A DNA stretch of 64,000 nucleotides from an uncultured Verrucomicrobiae bacterium (GTDB lineage Bacteria > Verrucomicrobiota > Verrucomicrobiia > Limisphaerales > JAFGQR01), in the NCBI GenBank assembly GCA_963788655.1, contig CAWBHS010000055.1:1-64000 (forward strand), read 5' to 3'. The position numbers were made by a program, and so were the translations under genes. The notes under the pieces are model-generated. The model did no database searches. It saw only the letters and a list, made by a program, of their open reading frames with translations, and was not told the DNA's origin. Every line of letters begins with the position of its first letter. The stretch's first letter is position 1. Of this stretch, positions 32,901-43,831 are shown piece by piece.

Positions 32901-34939
32901 CCGGAGTGTCATGGCGAGCGTCATTGGCGATGTCGCTCGCCCGGACCCGAATAGCATAACGGCCTGCCGTTGGGTTGGAAATGTAAATGCATTCCACGTT
33001 GTTAATATGGTCCGCTGCGGGTGCATCAGGTGCCGACTCGCCAGCTTCGAACTGGTTCCCGCGGTAGATCGTTACTTCGTCCGGGGCAACCACTTCGAGG
33101 TCGAGATCGTTCACCAATGCCGGGACATCCGGGGAATCCGGGCGGATCGGTGTAAGTCAGAGTGATCTTCAATGGTTCATCGGGTATCAGGAGGACATCT
33201 TTTTCATACACCTGTCCATTGGTAAGCAATGCCGTCTGATCGACAAATTCGTAAATGGGCTCTGACCCGATGAATCCGGTCAAATCCACACGGCCCCAAC
33301 CTTCGTCCATGTTGGGAGCGGACCCGTGCCGCTCAGCGTCATCCATGTCCACCGCTGAATTGATCAAGGCCGCTTTCACCAGGGCCGGGGAGGGCGTCGC
33401 TCCGCCGTATTGTTCGCGATAGTATTGGACGAACACCGCTGCCGCGCCGGAAACCTGAGGCCCCGCCTGGCTGGTGCCGCCTTGATACAGGTAATTGTCG
33501 GAGATGGGCGCCCAGGCGTATTCATCGTTGGCATAGAGGACGTAAGCGAGGCGATCCAAGTGCCGGGTGCCACCAGATCGGGCTTGATGCGGCCGTCTTC
33601 GCAAGGGCCCCGGCTCGAAAAGTCCGCCATCGTTTCCTGGCCTTCGCCATAAATCGAAGAAGTCAAATCAGCGGTTGTTCTCCGAGGCGCCGGTGGCAAT
33701 GACGTTCTTGGCGACGGCCGGACTGCCCACGGTCTGCCGGCCCGGTCCGGCGTTGCCGGCGGAGAATTCCAGAATGTAAGGCTGGTCGCCGGGCGCGTTC
33801 GTGATCCGCGTCCCGCACCAGCGCGTCGAATTCCATCGCGCTCAAATCATAGCGTCCTTGTGTGTCATCGCCCCAACTGTTCGACCCGATGTCGGCGTTG
33901 GCGCTTTTTGCATCGTGAGTTAGCGCGTCAAAGAGGGCGGCGCTTCATAGGCTCCCACCCCATCAAAAATCCGCTGCGCGACGAGCGACGCGCCGGGAGC
34001 GACTCCCAATCCGTACAGCGCATTGTCTTCGTCCGTTTCGCCCGTGGCCCCATTGCCCGCAATGATGCCCGCGCAGTGCGTTCCGTGGCTGTGTTCGTCC
34101 GCGGCATCGGTCAGTCCGCCATAATAAAACAGGGCTCTCACCCGCCCGGCGATGTCTGGGTGCATATCATTGACGTTACCGGTGTCCAGGCCGCTGTCGG
34201 CGACTGCGACGGTGACTCCGCTGCCGTCGTATCCCAAATCCGACATGACCGTGTTATGCCCCGTGCCGTCGCCGGCGACAATTTGGGAGGAGACTTCGTC
34301 ATAAAGCTGCATCCGCGGTGCCGGTTCCACCCATAACACCGCCGGCGATGCCGCCAGGGTCGCCAGTTTGGATTTGGCAATTTTCCCGCGCAGAATCGTG
34401 CCGAATCGGAGATGCGCCGCCCGCTCCAGACTCTGCAACGAATTCTCCACCGTTCCCACGTCCGTAGGTTTGGCCTTGGGCGAGAGCAACAGGCTGATCG
34501 CCATTTCTTCGCCCGGTTGTCCTTGGCGCATTCGGAGGCTCAGGGCGGCGTGAATTTTAAGTGGGGCTGCGTAGTCGCCCGCCCAGCGGACCTCGGGGAT
34601 CGACCTTAATTGGTCCAATGTCACTAGGTCCGCCTGGGCTACGAAAGCGTCTGCTGGAACGTAACTCACCAGTTCAACGCCGAGCTGGCGCAGTGCCTTG
34701 CGCACTTGGGGCGTCGTCCGGCCGGTGAACTGGATCAGAAACAACCCGGAGAAAGTCCGGTTTGCTGCGGATGCGGTGGGGGCGAATCCAGCCGGTTGCG
34801 ACAGCGGCGTGGTGTGGACGGTTTCATTGCGCAACCGTATGGGTTTGTCCTGCGCAATCGCCCCACCGACATATAAAAAAAGGCACCCTGCGACGGTGCC
34901 TGCCCAAAAGCCAATCCGACTCGTTTTCACTGTGCCCAA
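29851..34939 (-). CDS. Large secreted S8 (subtilisin-like) protease with FN3-like, jelly-roll, DxDxDG and C-terminal domains; multiple frameshifts
   Basis: Signal peptide and propeptide; catalytic VAVADSG, HGTHCAG and GTSQA; FSSRGPCEDGRIKPDLVAPG; ALVKAALIN; GWGRVDL; NDLDLEV; W.TDE.A.S FN3-like units; terminal YLFRLQV. Confidence 0.85.
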
Positions 34940-34991
34940 ACTTACCCGCGAAATGGACTTTCCACAAGGGAAACGGCGCGTGATATAAAAG

Positions 34992-35229
34992 AACGTGCTG
35001 CCGGCATCTTGCCGGCAAATACGATCACGGAGCTGCGCTCGACCTTTGTTTTGGATTCACTACGCCTTCTTCCGTTTGATCTACCGGCAGGATGCCGGCA
35101 GCACGCTCGAGCAACGTGCTGTCGGCGTCCCGCCGGCAGAAACGGAAGCACGTGCGGGGTGGTAATTTCTGGAGGGCTCAAATTCGAACGGTCCGTTCCC
35201 AACTGCCGGCAGGATGCCGGCAGCACGCT
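34992..35229. repeat. Two tandem REP-like inverted doublets, family C (ACGTGCTGCCGGCATCTTGCCGGCA)
   Basis: Four arms in alternating orientation at ~34992-35017, 35082-35107, 35113-35139 and 35203-35229. Confidence 0.88.
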
Positions 35230-35236
35230 CGATCAG

Positions 35237-35914
35237 CTAATAACCGAGAGGGCCGTAGCTGGGCAGCCGAAAGCCATACGCTGGGAAGGAACCGTAACGG
35301 TAGGGGCTCCATGATCCGTAGTTCGGATACAACCGCTGGTATGCCGAAGCCATTGCCCGGGGTTGCAGGTAGTAATACCGGAAATAATCGTAGCTCTCCG
35401 GATCCAATCCCCCGGACCGGGCCTGGCGGGCTGCCAGGACGCTGGCGAGCGCTTCGTTCCGTTGCTGGGCGACCTGTGCCTGTTTTTGGGCGCCTTGATG
35501 CAGCATGGCGGTTACGATTTCGTCGGCCACGTTGTGTTGTTTCAGCGCGATAATGTCCGCCTCGGTGAGCAGCCCGGCTGACGGCGTGCATTCGATGTAC
35601 GTCTTGATGACTGCCGTGGAAACCTTGGCGTCTGCCAGCTTAATGATCGACACGACCACCGGTGAAAGTTGTTCGGCGCCCGGTTGGTTCGAAGCGTCGT
35701 TCTGATTTGCTTGTGCTGGCGCCGCTTCAGGTTCGGAAGTGGCTTGCGGGTTGGTGGGGACGGCTGCTGGCTCAGCCACGGAACGTTCGGCGTTTCCCTC
35801 CTCCGCGCCGGTAACTACTCCACCCCAAAGCGCGGCGATGATCAGGACGCCGGCGAAATACCAAAGGCCGCGAACGCGAAATTGGCGATGCGATTTCAGA
35901 TGTAACGTTTTCAT
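35237..35914 (-). CDS. Hypothetical exported protein with a small helical domain and Tyr/Pro-rich tail
   Basis: N-terminal hydrophobic segment, low-complexity linker, IIKL....VS..VI..YI / LT..DII.LK..V..EIV.AML, tail YDYFRYYY...YGPLGY. Confidence 0.65.
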   Translation of the reverse strand: MKTLHLKSHRQFRVRGLWYFAGVLIIAALWGGVVTGAEEGNAERSVAEPAAVPTNPQATSEPEAAPAQANQNDASNQPGAEQLSPVVVSIIKLADAKVSTAVIKTYIECTPSAGLLTEADIIALKQHNVADEIVTAMLHQGAQKQAQVAQQRNEALASVLAARQARSGGLDPESYDYFRYYYLQPRAMASAYQRLYPNYGSWSPYRYGSFPAYGFRLPSYGPLGY

Positions 35915-36030
35915 AACCAAGTGCCGACAGTTCAACGTTCAACCATGCGTAATGTTGTCCTTTAATTCCGCATTTGCAAGCGACGGTGCGTTGGCGCCAA
36001 TGCCAGGCCCAAGCGTCCGCCCCACCCACC

Positions 36031-36099
36031 CGCCGCGTGGGGGCACGCGGGCTACAACGCCATCGAGTTGGCCGGCAGACCCGGTGCCCTCACCGGGCG
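36031..36099. repeat. Back-to-back REP-like palindromes (GTAG.CCGCGTGCCC.CACGCGGCG type)
   Basis: cgccgcgtgggggcacgcgggctac and gcagacccggtgccctcaccgggcg in opposite orientation. Confidence 0.65.
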
Positions 36100-36177
36100 C
36101 ACGACGTATCAACAACTTCGATCACGACTTCGGGCGGCGTCCCGCCGCTTGATCTGCCCGTTGCCTCATGGCCATGA

Positions 36178-39100
36178 CTATCCTTTGAATTTTCCCGCTT
36201 CGGTTTCGGTGGCTTTGCCCAGCGCCGCCAGCGTCTCCAGAATCTCGCCGATGCGCTCCTTGCTGGCGCGCTGGAATTGGGCGGACAACTCGGCGGCCGT
36301 GACCGGCGAACCGGCTTCCGCCAACGCCCGGCCGACGGCGTCCACTTGCGCGGACAGTGGCTTGGGCCAGGGCAGTTTCGCGACGGGTTTGGCGGGCGCG
36401 GCTTCGGCCACCGTTTCCGCGCTGGTCTCCAATTCCGTCTGGACGGCTTGCTCCGGCCGGCCGCGGCATTGGAACTCCGGGCGGAGCCAGCGGACGTGAC
36501 CGCGTTTCTCCTCGGCGGCGCGTTCGTGGTTCAACGCGACCAGGCGCTCCAGGATGATCTCATCCCTATCTGCTCGGGTGGGGACCTGTTCCAGCGGGTC
36601 CGATGAATCATTTGAAGAAGTTTGGGACGCGGTGGAACGCGTCCTTACCAGGTCGTCCCAGCCGTAGGCATGGAAGACGGCGGCATCGAGGTCGTCGTGG
36701 ATTTGTTTGAGGACAGAGACGAGGCCGTGTTCGTGGATTTCTTTTTCTTTCGGAGTCAGGGACGGAGGGGGAACGGTGGGTGGGAGCACGGCTCCTTTCC
36801 CCTCACCCCGGCCCTCTCCCTGGGGGAGAGGGGGAATGGCACCCCGCGCGGCCGTTGCCGTGGCGGGCTCCGAGGATCGGGGAGCGTCCACGGCTGTTCC
36901 CTCTCCCTGGGGGAGAGGGTCAGGGTGAGGGGAGACGGGGGAGGACCGGTCGATGGCCCGCAGCTTTTCGAGGACGTTGTACATGCCGGTGAGGGTGAGG
37001 CCGGGATGCAACGCCTGCTGCCGCTTGCGATGCGCATCCAATTGCTCGCCCAATGACCGGATGCGCTCCCGTGTTGGCCCGTCAGGATCGGGGAAGGGGA
37101 AGGTTTCGAAGCAGCGAGAGTTGTTGTAACGAGGTCGATCTTCGAGCGTTCCTCCTTGCGCAAGTGCCCAGCAGATATGAACACGGCTTGAGAGCACCCC
37201 TAACCAGAACTGATCCTCAAGAGCTATTGCAATCAACCCTTGGTCTGGCAAAACGGAACCCTCTAACTTCACGAACAACCGGAACTTTGCCGTCATTGGT
37301 GTTGCCACGTAACTTTTCAGACCTGTGAGTGCAGGCTCGCATAGTGTCACGCGTCTTGGCGAATAACCACCAACGATTCGCGTAGTCACCTGCATCCTTG
37401 GTTCTGCCAGCCTTTGCCAAACGTTCAGGTTTCACTGTTTCAGTGAGCCACTGGTAAATCTCAGGAAATTGTTCAAGAACCTGCTCCGCAGTCAGCCCAA
37501 AGAGATCAATTATAAGTTTCTTGCGCGGTCGATTTGTAATGTCTTTCCCGTTCAAAAAAGGTCGAATGCGGAGTTCAGCTCCGTGTATCCTGCCCAGGCC
37601 CAGGCGTTCGGCGTCTGATCGGTTGACAACAAAACCACCTCCCATAAAGGTGACGCCACGAAAGCTTAGGCCAGCGTTGGAACGGAGAGTGACGGCATTC
37701 TGGCTGTATGCACCGATTGTAAGGTCAGGTGCGATTCTCCCCTTAGCCTCATGAAGCATCTCTGCGTCACCATGCCTCTGAGCGTGAGCGACTATTCTTG
37801 CTAAGAGCCCGTCAGTCTCATTCCGACTGCAGACCGTCATTGCAATGTCCACAGCAGCGCCATCCGCCGAATCGACCCATGGATGATCAGGAATCGCGAA
37901 GACAATCGACAGCGGATTCTTGGCGTTCAGATGAGGCTCGATCACCCGACGGTTGAAAGTCTGCTTGATGCTGTTTGTTGTGATCAGGCCAAACTGCATG
38001 ACCTTTCCCGCCCGGACCAGCTCAGCAGCTTTGTGCCACCAATACATTACGAAATCGCAAGATTCGGGCAGTTCTTTGTAGGTTTGTCGGATGGTTTCAG
38101 TATATCCGTCGCCCAGCGCCGCCCTCATAAGTGAGGTTCCAATAAACGGCGGATTGCCCACCACATAATCCGCCTCCGGCCATTCTGCTTTGCGCGGATT
38201 GACGTAGTGCCAGAGCGGCACGCGGGCGGTTTCATCCGGCACGTCCTTGCCCGTCACCGGATGCGTCTTCATCGTCCGCCCATCCCAGACGGTGATGGGC
38301 CTCGTAGCAGCCGACGTGAGGAGGCTCTGACTATTGGTTGAAGGTGAAGGGTTGAGGGTTGAGGGTTCAGAAGTTTGAGCCTCGTTACCTCGGCTGCTAC
38401 GGAGTTTTTCGCGTACTTCGTCCGGCAATCCAGGCAGGTCGGGGTTTTCGCGGGCCATGCCCCAGGTGATCATTTCCTTGCGGTCATAAGCGAGCACGGC
38501 GTCCTGCTTGCGAATGCTGTGTTCCTTCGAGATCACCGGATCGTCGGGCACGGCCTTGTCGCTGGTGCGGAAATGCCATTGCAGGTAACCGATCCACAGC
38601 ACCAATTCGGCAATGGGCACCGCCCACGGATTGATCTCCAGCCCGATGAACTGGTGCGGCCGGACCTTGAACTCGCGCATCTCGGTCTCCAGTTGCGGGT
38701 CGCCCAGTTCGGTGAGCAGTTCGAGCGCCTCGCCTTCGAGCCGTTTCATGTGCTCCATCGTCACGTAGAGGAAGTTGCCGGAGCCGCAGGCCGGATCAAG
38801 CACGCGGAGCCGGCAGAGCGAGTGATGGAACCGGCGGACTTCCTCGATGGCGTCGCCGCGCCGGCCGGAGGACTCCTTCTTCAGCTTGGCCACCTTCGCG
38901 CCGTGGGTCCGGGCGGCTTTGGCGTCGCCGGTCTTCACAATGGCGGCGGATTCGGTGTCCAGTTCCGCGGTCTCGGCTTCGGCAGCGTCGGCATCGGCGG
39001 TGAGTTTGGCGGCGGCGGTCTTCACCGTTTCCCATTCCGCGCGCAAGGGATCGATGATCGTTGGGAACACCAGCCGTTCGACGTAGGCGCGCGGGGTGTA

Positions 39101-40248
39101 ATGGGCGCCGAGCTTGTGGCGTTCCCGCGGCGAGAGGGCGCGCTCGAGCAGCGTGCCGAAGATGGCGGGTTCCACGTCCCGCCAGTCGGCTCGGGCGGCT
39201 TCGATGAGCAATTCGAGTTGCTCCGCGGTCACCGGCAGGGCGGTGGCGCTTTCGAACAAGCCGCCGTTGAAATGAAGGACCTTCTCGCGGATGACGGTCG
39301 AGAACTCGGCGCCGTTGGCCATGTCGCGCCACAGGGATTCCACCATCACCGTGAACCCGCGGAGGTTGTTTCGCAGGGATTCGAGCAGCGCCTTGAAGGA
39401 GTTGTTCGGCAGCAGGCGGACGTCCTCGGCGAACATGGTGAAGATGCAGCGCATCAGGAAGTCGGCGACCATCTGCGGATCGTGGCCGGCTTGCTCGAAG
39501 GAACGGGCGAGCCGCGCGAGGTGATCGGCAATCTCGCGGGTGACCTTCGCGCTGCGCCGGGCGGGGTCGAGCGCGAATGGGTCGGTCCAGATCGCGTGCA
39601 ACACCGCGCGTTTGAGCTCGTCGCGCAGGTCGGCGAGGTAGATGCGGTGGGCTTTGGGATTGGGAAAGCGGACGTAGGTGCCGCCGGTGCAGGTGAACTC
39701 GGCGAACAATTCAATCGAATACCCGACATCGACAATGAGCAGGAACGGCGGGCGGCCTTCGCTGGCGGGCAGGGCGCGGGCGTATTGCTCGGCCTGGTTG
39801 CGGGCCTTTTCCATCGCCGTGTCCCAGGCGCCGGAACCGCGGATGCCGTGGCCGCGTCTGACGGATTGCCCCCGCCCTCCCGCTGCGGGCGAGGGAGCCG
39901 GAAGGGCAGGGGAGGGAACTGCCGGTTGACCGCCCGGCGCCGAGGCAGCTTCCACGCCTTGCTTGGTTTCGCAGATAAAGCAGCCGCGTTTGTAAAGATC
40001 GATGAAGTTGGTGGTGACCGAACCGTCGGCTTCCGGGCGCGGAATGCTGCGGTCAAAAACGTAGGCGTTCTTGGTGTCGTCGGGAACCGCGGGATCGGGT
40101 TTGGGGACGCCCAGCACGGCGCACAATTCGGCCAGGAACAATTGGTAGTTGGACCGCTCACCGCCGCCTGAAGGCGACCAGCGCGCGATGAAGTCCTCAA
40201 TGTCCCGGCTCACCTCGGAACTGAGCGACAGCTTGGATTCAATGGCCA
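36178..40248 (-). CDS. MmeI-like (Type IIG/IIL) fused restriction endonuclease / N6-adenine methyltransferase; one extra base near 37336
   Basis: N-terminal nuclease [34 protein letters not shown], motif [12 protein letters not shown], motif IV GNPPF, C-terminal RY....CFETFPFP and LDAAV..AYGW. Removing one base joins ORFs 37217..40375 and 36178..37395. Confidence 0.9.
36577..36649. repeat. REP-like doublet (GGTAGGGACGCGTTCCACCGCGTCCC type) in frame within the RM gene
   Basis: ggtggggacctgttccagcgggtcc ... gggacgcggtggaacgcgtccttacc; translates [24 protein letters not shown]. Confidence 0.75.
36798..36933. repeat. Palindromic doublet, family B (CCCCTCACCCCGGCCCTCTCCC), in frame within the RM gene
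   Basis: Arms near-identical to the intergenic copy at 61605-61781; translates [12 protein letters not shown]...[11 protein letters not shown]. Confidence 0.88.
38303..38401. repeat. REP-like doublet, family A, in frame within the RM gene
   Basis: cgtagcagccgacgtgaggaggctc ... gagcctcgttacctcggctgctacg (99 nt); translates RSSRGNEAQ...SLLTSAAT. Confidence 0.88.
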
Positions 40249-40306
40249 TTTCTGGACGGCAACCGTAATGATGCTCGATCTGAAGTTCAAGTGTGTTCAG
40301 TAGCGG

Positions 40307-40392
40307 GTGGGGCGCGCAGTCCTCGGCGCGCCGCGAATGTCGCAAACCGGGCCCAGGAAATATGCCGGCGCGCACGGCGTGTCGCGCCCTAC
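40307..40392. repeat. REP-like inverted doublet (GTRGGGCGCG type)
   Basis: gtggggcgcgcagtcctcggcgcgccg ... cggcgcgcacggcgtgtcgcgccctac. Confidence 0.75.
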
Positions 40393-40467
40393 TTTCCGCC
40401 GGCCCAACGGTTCAACCTAAACCGTATCAATTCAGTGGCTGGTGCGGCGAGGAGGCAGTTCGGCGTG

Positions 40468-40600
40468 GTAGGACAGGCGTCTCGCCTGTCTCGAATAGCC
40501 CAAGGCATCCTCACCGTTTGGCGCCATAGAAAGACTCACGGCGCCATGATACAAGTTGTTGGTTTGCACTCGTTCGGGACAGGCGGGACGCCTGTCCTAC
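40468..40600. repeat. REP-like inverted doublet (GTAGGACAGGCGTCTCGCCTGTC type)
   Basis: gtaggacaggcgtctcgcctgtc ... gacaggcgggacgcctgtcctac; one mismatch between the arms. Confidence 0.85.
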
Positions 40601-40910
40601 TGAATCGTCACGGCTAAACGGTGCAGTTTAACCGCACAGAGATTAGCGCGGCTTTGCCGCGCTAAGGATTAGAGTTAAATCATATCGGCGAGAAGAAGCA
40701 CTTCGCGAGTTTTTGCTTTTGCCGGATGATGATATTCGAGTTGTCCCCGAAGCTGATTAAGGACATGCTGAGGACATGCCTAACCAACCGACTCACCGAA
40801 CCGCCGCCCCGCGCTGTGAGTTCACGCGGGCTGGGAGAATGGCCCCTCCTATTGGCTGCCGACGGGCGTTGCCTGGCGGCTGTCGGTGGCCTTGGCGTTA
40901 AGAATGTAAA

Positions 40911-41201
40911 ATGAGCGTTTATATCCATTACGAGGACATCCCACGGCCGGAGCGGAAGCAACTTTCGAAAGAAGAGTTTCGGAAGGACAGAGCGACACGA
41001 CTTTGGAGTGCGCTTTCCGTTGGTATCAGTTTTGCTCTTGGTTTTGAAGTGAGCAGCAACTCCTTTCCTGACAAATCCGATTGGCCCGGGAGACTCATCT
41101 ACTTTGTTCTGTTCTGCGTTGGCTTGTCAGCCCTGTTTCATGAAGCCATTGTCAAACCGCGAATCATCAGGCTGGTGGAGAAAAGAAAGAACTCGTCTTG
41201 A
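40911..41201 (+). CDS. Small two-TM hypothetical protein
   Basis: 96 aa, two hydrophobic stretches, lower GC than neighbours; overlaps the ROK 3' end by 35 nt. Confidence 0.5.
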   Translation: MSVYIHYEDIPRPERKQLSKEEFRKDRATRLWSALSVGISFALGFEVSSNSFPDKSDWPGRLIYFVLFCVGLSALFHEAIVKPRIIRLVEKRKNSS

Positions 41202-42597
41202 TCACCGGCAGGCTGGCGGCGGCCATGGCCTGACCGTGACGTTTTTCTTTTTCATCCGGAGTGTGCAACGCGATCGCCTCCGCCAGTTCCGGAAATTCCT
41301 CGCGCAACACCTGGCGCGCGTGGTCGAGAATAATCTCGCCGCCTTTGCCACTGGTTACGCGGCCCAGCACCAGCAGGTGTTTCAAGTCATAAAACTCCGC
41401 GTAATGCGCAATGGAATATCCCAGGTAGATGCCAATGGTTTGGTAGATTTTCGCCGCCCGGTCGTCGCCTTGGGCCATGTGATTTTGCACGGCCACCAGC
41501 TTTTGCGGCAACGGCAGACTGGCATCGATTTCCAGTCCAGAAATCGGGATCAACCGCCCCACGCATTGTTGAGAAAAATACTGTGCGCCACAGCCCCGGT
41601 CACCGGACCATTCGTCCACTGGCGCGTTGGGCTGATAGTCCACCGGCGCAAAGGCCAGCTCATTCAGCCACGACGTGATGTTGCCTTCGCGCGTCACGTA
41701 ACCGGCCGCCTCACTGGAGCCCATGGCCACGCCCAACACCGCGGTGTCGTTTAACGACATGGCTCCGGCCAGCGCGGTGACTTCGCCGTCGTTGACCACT
41801 TCCAGCGGCACGTCGTTCCACGCTTGCTTGATCATGAAAAACAACGGTTTCACGAAGCGATTGAAGGCTTCCTCCGGGACGCCGCGAAACAGCGAAGCAA
41901 CTTTGACATAGTTATTCACATACACGCCCGCCGAACTACCGCCAATGGCGTCCACCCGCGGCAAATGCGCCGCCGCCTTCTTGAGCGAATCCATGATCTC
42001 GTCGAAGTGCCGTTGCGGATCGGTAAATGATTTGGGATCCCACACCGTTTCATCGCTGAAGACCACGTTGCCGTCCTGCACCGCAGCCACTTTGCGATCG
42101 CTGGCGCCGAGGTCAAAGCCAATCCGGCAACCGTCCCAATGGCGTCCCAGGGCTGTGCTGCTCTCCCGTTCCGGCGGCACATGCTCGGGCGGGCAGAGCA
42201 CGACCTCGAAGGTCTTCTCGTACACTTTGCCGCCCAGCAACGCGGCATCAAATTTTCCGGTTGCGCGCTCTTGGAAATGGCGCTGCAACTGCCGGCCCAA
42301 TTCCACGGGGCCGGCGAAATGAATTCGGTAACCGCCGCGTGACCACAGCAGGAACTTGAGGATACGTTCGAGGTAGGTGAAATTGCCCGCTGCCGGCGCC
42401 GAGTTGGGAGCCGCCACTTGCGTATCAAAACGGGAAACTGATCCATCGCCGCGCTCCAGCGCCAAGTGAACCGGCGTGGCGGCTGAGCCCAGACTTTCGC
42501 GAAAGTTGCGGTTGGCCAGCACGGCGGGCCGGAACGAATCATCGAGCGCCGGCGTGAGGCGGGGCGCCGTTAAAAGTAATCCATTATTGGTGTCCAT
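41167..42597 (-). CDS. ROK-family sugar kinase-like protein with N-terminal extension
   Basis: IGFDLGASD, VVNDGEVTALAG, GVAMGSSEAAG, NELAF, LLVLGRV. Confidence 0.85.
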   Translation of the reverse strand: MDTNNGLLLTAPRLTPALDDSFRPAVLANRNFRESLGSAATPVHLALERGDGSVSRFDTQVAAPNSAPAAGNFTYLERILKFLLWSRGGYRIHFAGPVELGRQLQRHFQERATGKFDAALLGGKVYEKTFEVVLCPPEHVPPERESSTALGRHWDGCRIGFDLGASDRKVAAVQDGNVVFSDETVWDPKSFTDPQRHFDEIMDSLKKAAAHLPRVDAIGGSSAGVYVNNYVKVASLFRGVPEEAFNRFVKPLFFMIKQAWNDVPLEVVNDGEVTALAGAMSLNDTAVLGVAMGSSEAAGYVTREGNITSWLNELAFAPVDYQPNAPVDEWSGDRGCGAQYFSQQCVGRLIPISGLEIDASLPLPQKLVAVQNHMAQGDDRAAKIYQTIGIYLGYSIAHYAEFYDLKHLLVLGRVTSGKGGEIILDHARQVLREEFPELAEAIALHTPDEKEKRHGQAMAAASLPVIKTSSFFSPPA

Positions 42598-42757
42598 TGA
42601 ATTCACGTGTTGTCTTCGGAATGTGAATGAGCCTACCAGCCCGGTGGGATTCGTCCCAAGCGAATTCTTGCTTCGCGCTTGAAGTGGTTCCCAGCTCGGC
42701 CTAGCCTTTTCGAATGTTGAAACACTGCGAAGCGTCTTCATTTGCAGAACTACGATT

Positions 42758-43825
42758 ATGAAGCATTCTCTTACTGTCCGAGCCTCCTTGAGTCTCACTG
42801 TCCTCTTGGCCATGGCCGCAATCGTCTCCGGCCAAATCCCGTTCCAAGAACGCCTGCAAAAACTCCCGTTCAAGATCGCTTACGAAAGTTACGTGGACGG
42901 CAACTGGGACATCTTCGTGATGAACGCCGACGGTTCTCATCCGGTCAACCTCACGCACACGCCAAAAGTCCACGAGTTGTATCCGCAGGTTTCGCCGGAT
43001 GGCTCGAAGATTTGCTTTGTGGTCGATAAAGGCGAAGGCCGGGACACGGTCCGCAGTGTTTATTACATGGACATCGACGGCCGGCATCGGCACCAGGTGG
43101 CCGATCATGCGCGCCAGCCGTTTTGGCGGCATGACGGCAAGCTCATTGGGTTTCTGCCGCAGGAATATCCCAAGTTCAACGTCGTGGATTATTACACCCA
43201 CGGCATCAGTTTCTACGACCTGGCCACGGGCAAAATCGAGCCGCACGTCAACAACGCCAACTTGCACCATTTGTACAATCCCAACTTTTCGCCGGACGGA
43301 AAATGGATTGTGGCCACCGTTCACGCCGGTATGGGCATCGACCATGGCATCCTGCTCATCGAGGCGCATGGCACCAACATTTTCAACCTGCACATCCCCG
43401 GCTGTCGGCCTTGCCTCAGTCCGGACGGCAAACAAATTGCCTGGGGACCGGGCGATCACGAAATCGCGGCGGCGCCCATCAACCTCAGTTCCGCGCACCC
43501 GTCCGTCGGCCCAAGGCGGGTGCGGATCAAAGATGAAAAGAACAAGATTTATCATGTCGATTGGTCGCCGGACAGCCGCTTCCTGAGCATCAGCCGCGGG
43601 CCGGACGGGAAGGGTGATCCCAACAAACCGGGCACCTATTCGGCCGCCTGTGAAATCGTCGGGGTCTATGCGCCTGGCTGGAATATCTGCGCCGTTTCGG
43701 CGGAGCGGGATGGTGTGCTGGATCTCAACCAAGCAACTGACGCGGACTTCACGATGCTGACAAGCGATGGCCATTGCGACAAAGAATCCGCGTGGTTCCG
43801 CGCGAAGCCCAAGGCGAAGGAATAA
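42758..43825 (+). CDS. Exported TolB-like (PD40) beta-propeller protein
   Basis: Signal peptide; GNWDIFVMNADGS..VNLT; repeated P..SPDG. Confidence 0.88.
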   Translation: MKHSLTVRASLSLTVLLAMAAIVSGQIPFQERLQKLPFKIAYESYVDGNWDIFVMNADGSHPVNLTHTPKVHELYPQVSPDGSKICFVVDKGEGRDTVRSVYYMDIDGRHRHQVADHARQPFWRHDGKLIGFLPQEYPKFNVVDYYTHGISFYDLATGKIEPHVNNANLHHLYNPNFSPDGKWIVATVHAGMGIDHGILLIEAHGTNIFNLHIPGCRPCLSPDGKQIAWGPGDHEIAAAPINLSSAHPSVGPRRVRIKDEKNKIYHVDWSPDSRFLSISRGPDGKGDPNKPGTYSAACEIVGVYAPGWNICAVSAERDGVLDLNQATDADFTMLTSDGHCDKESAWFRAKPKAKE

Positions 43826-43831
43826 GTTGCG

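Noticed and set aside
34992..35229. CRISPR array
   Set aside because: The four repeats alternate in orientation with uneven spacing and no cas genes are present; this fits REP-like doublets.
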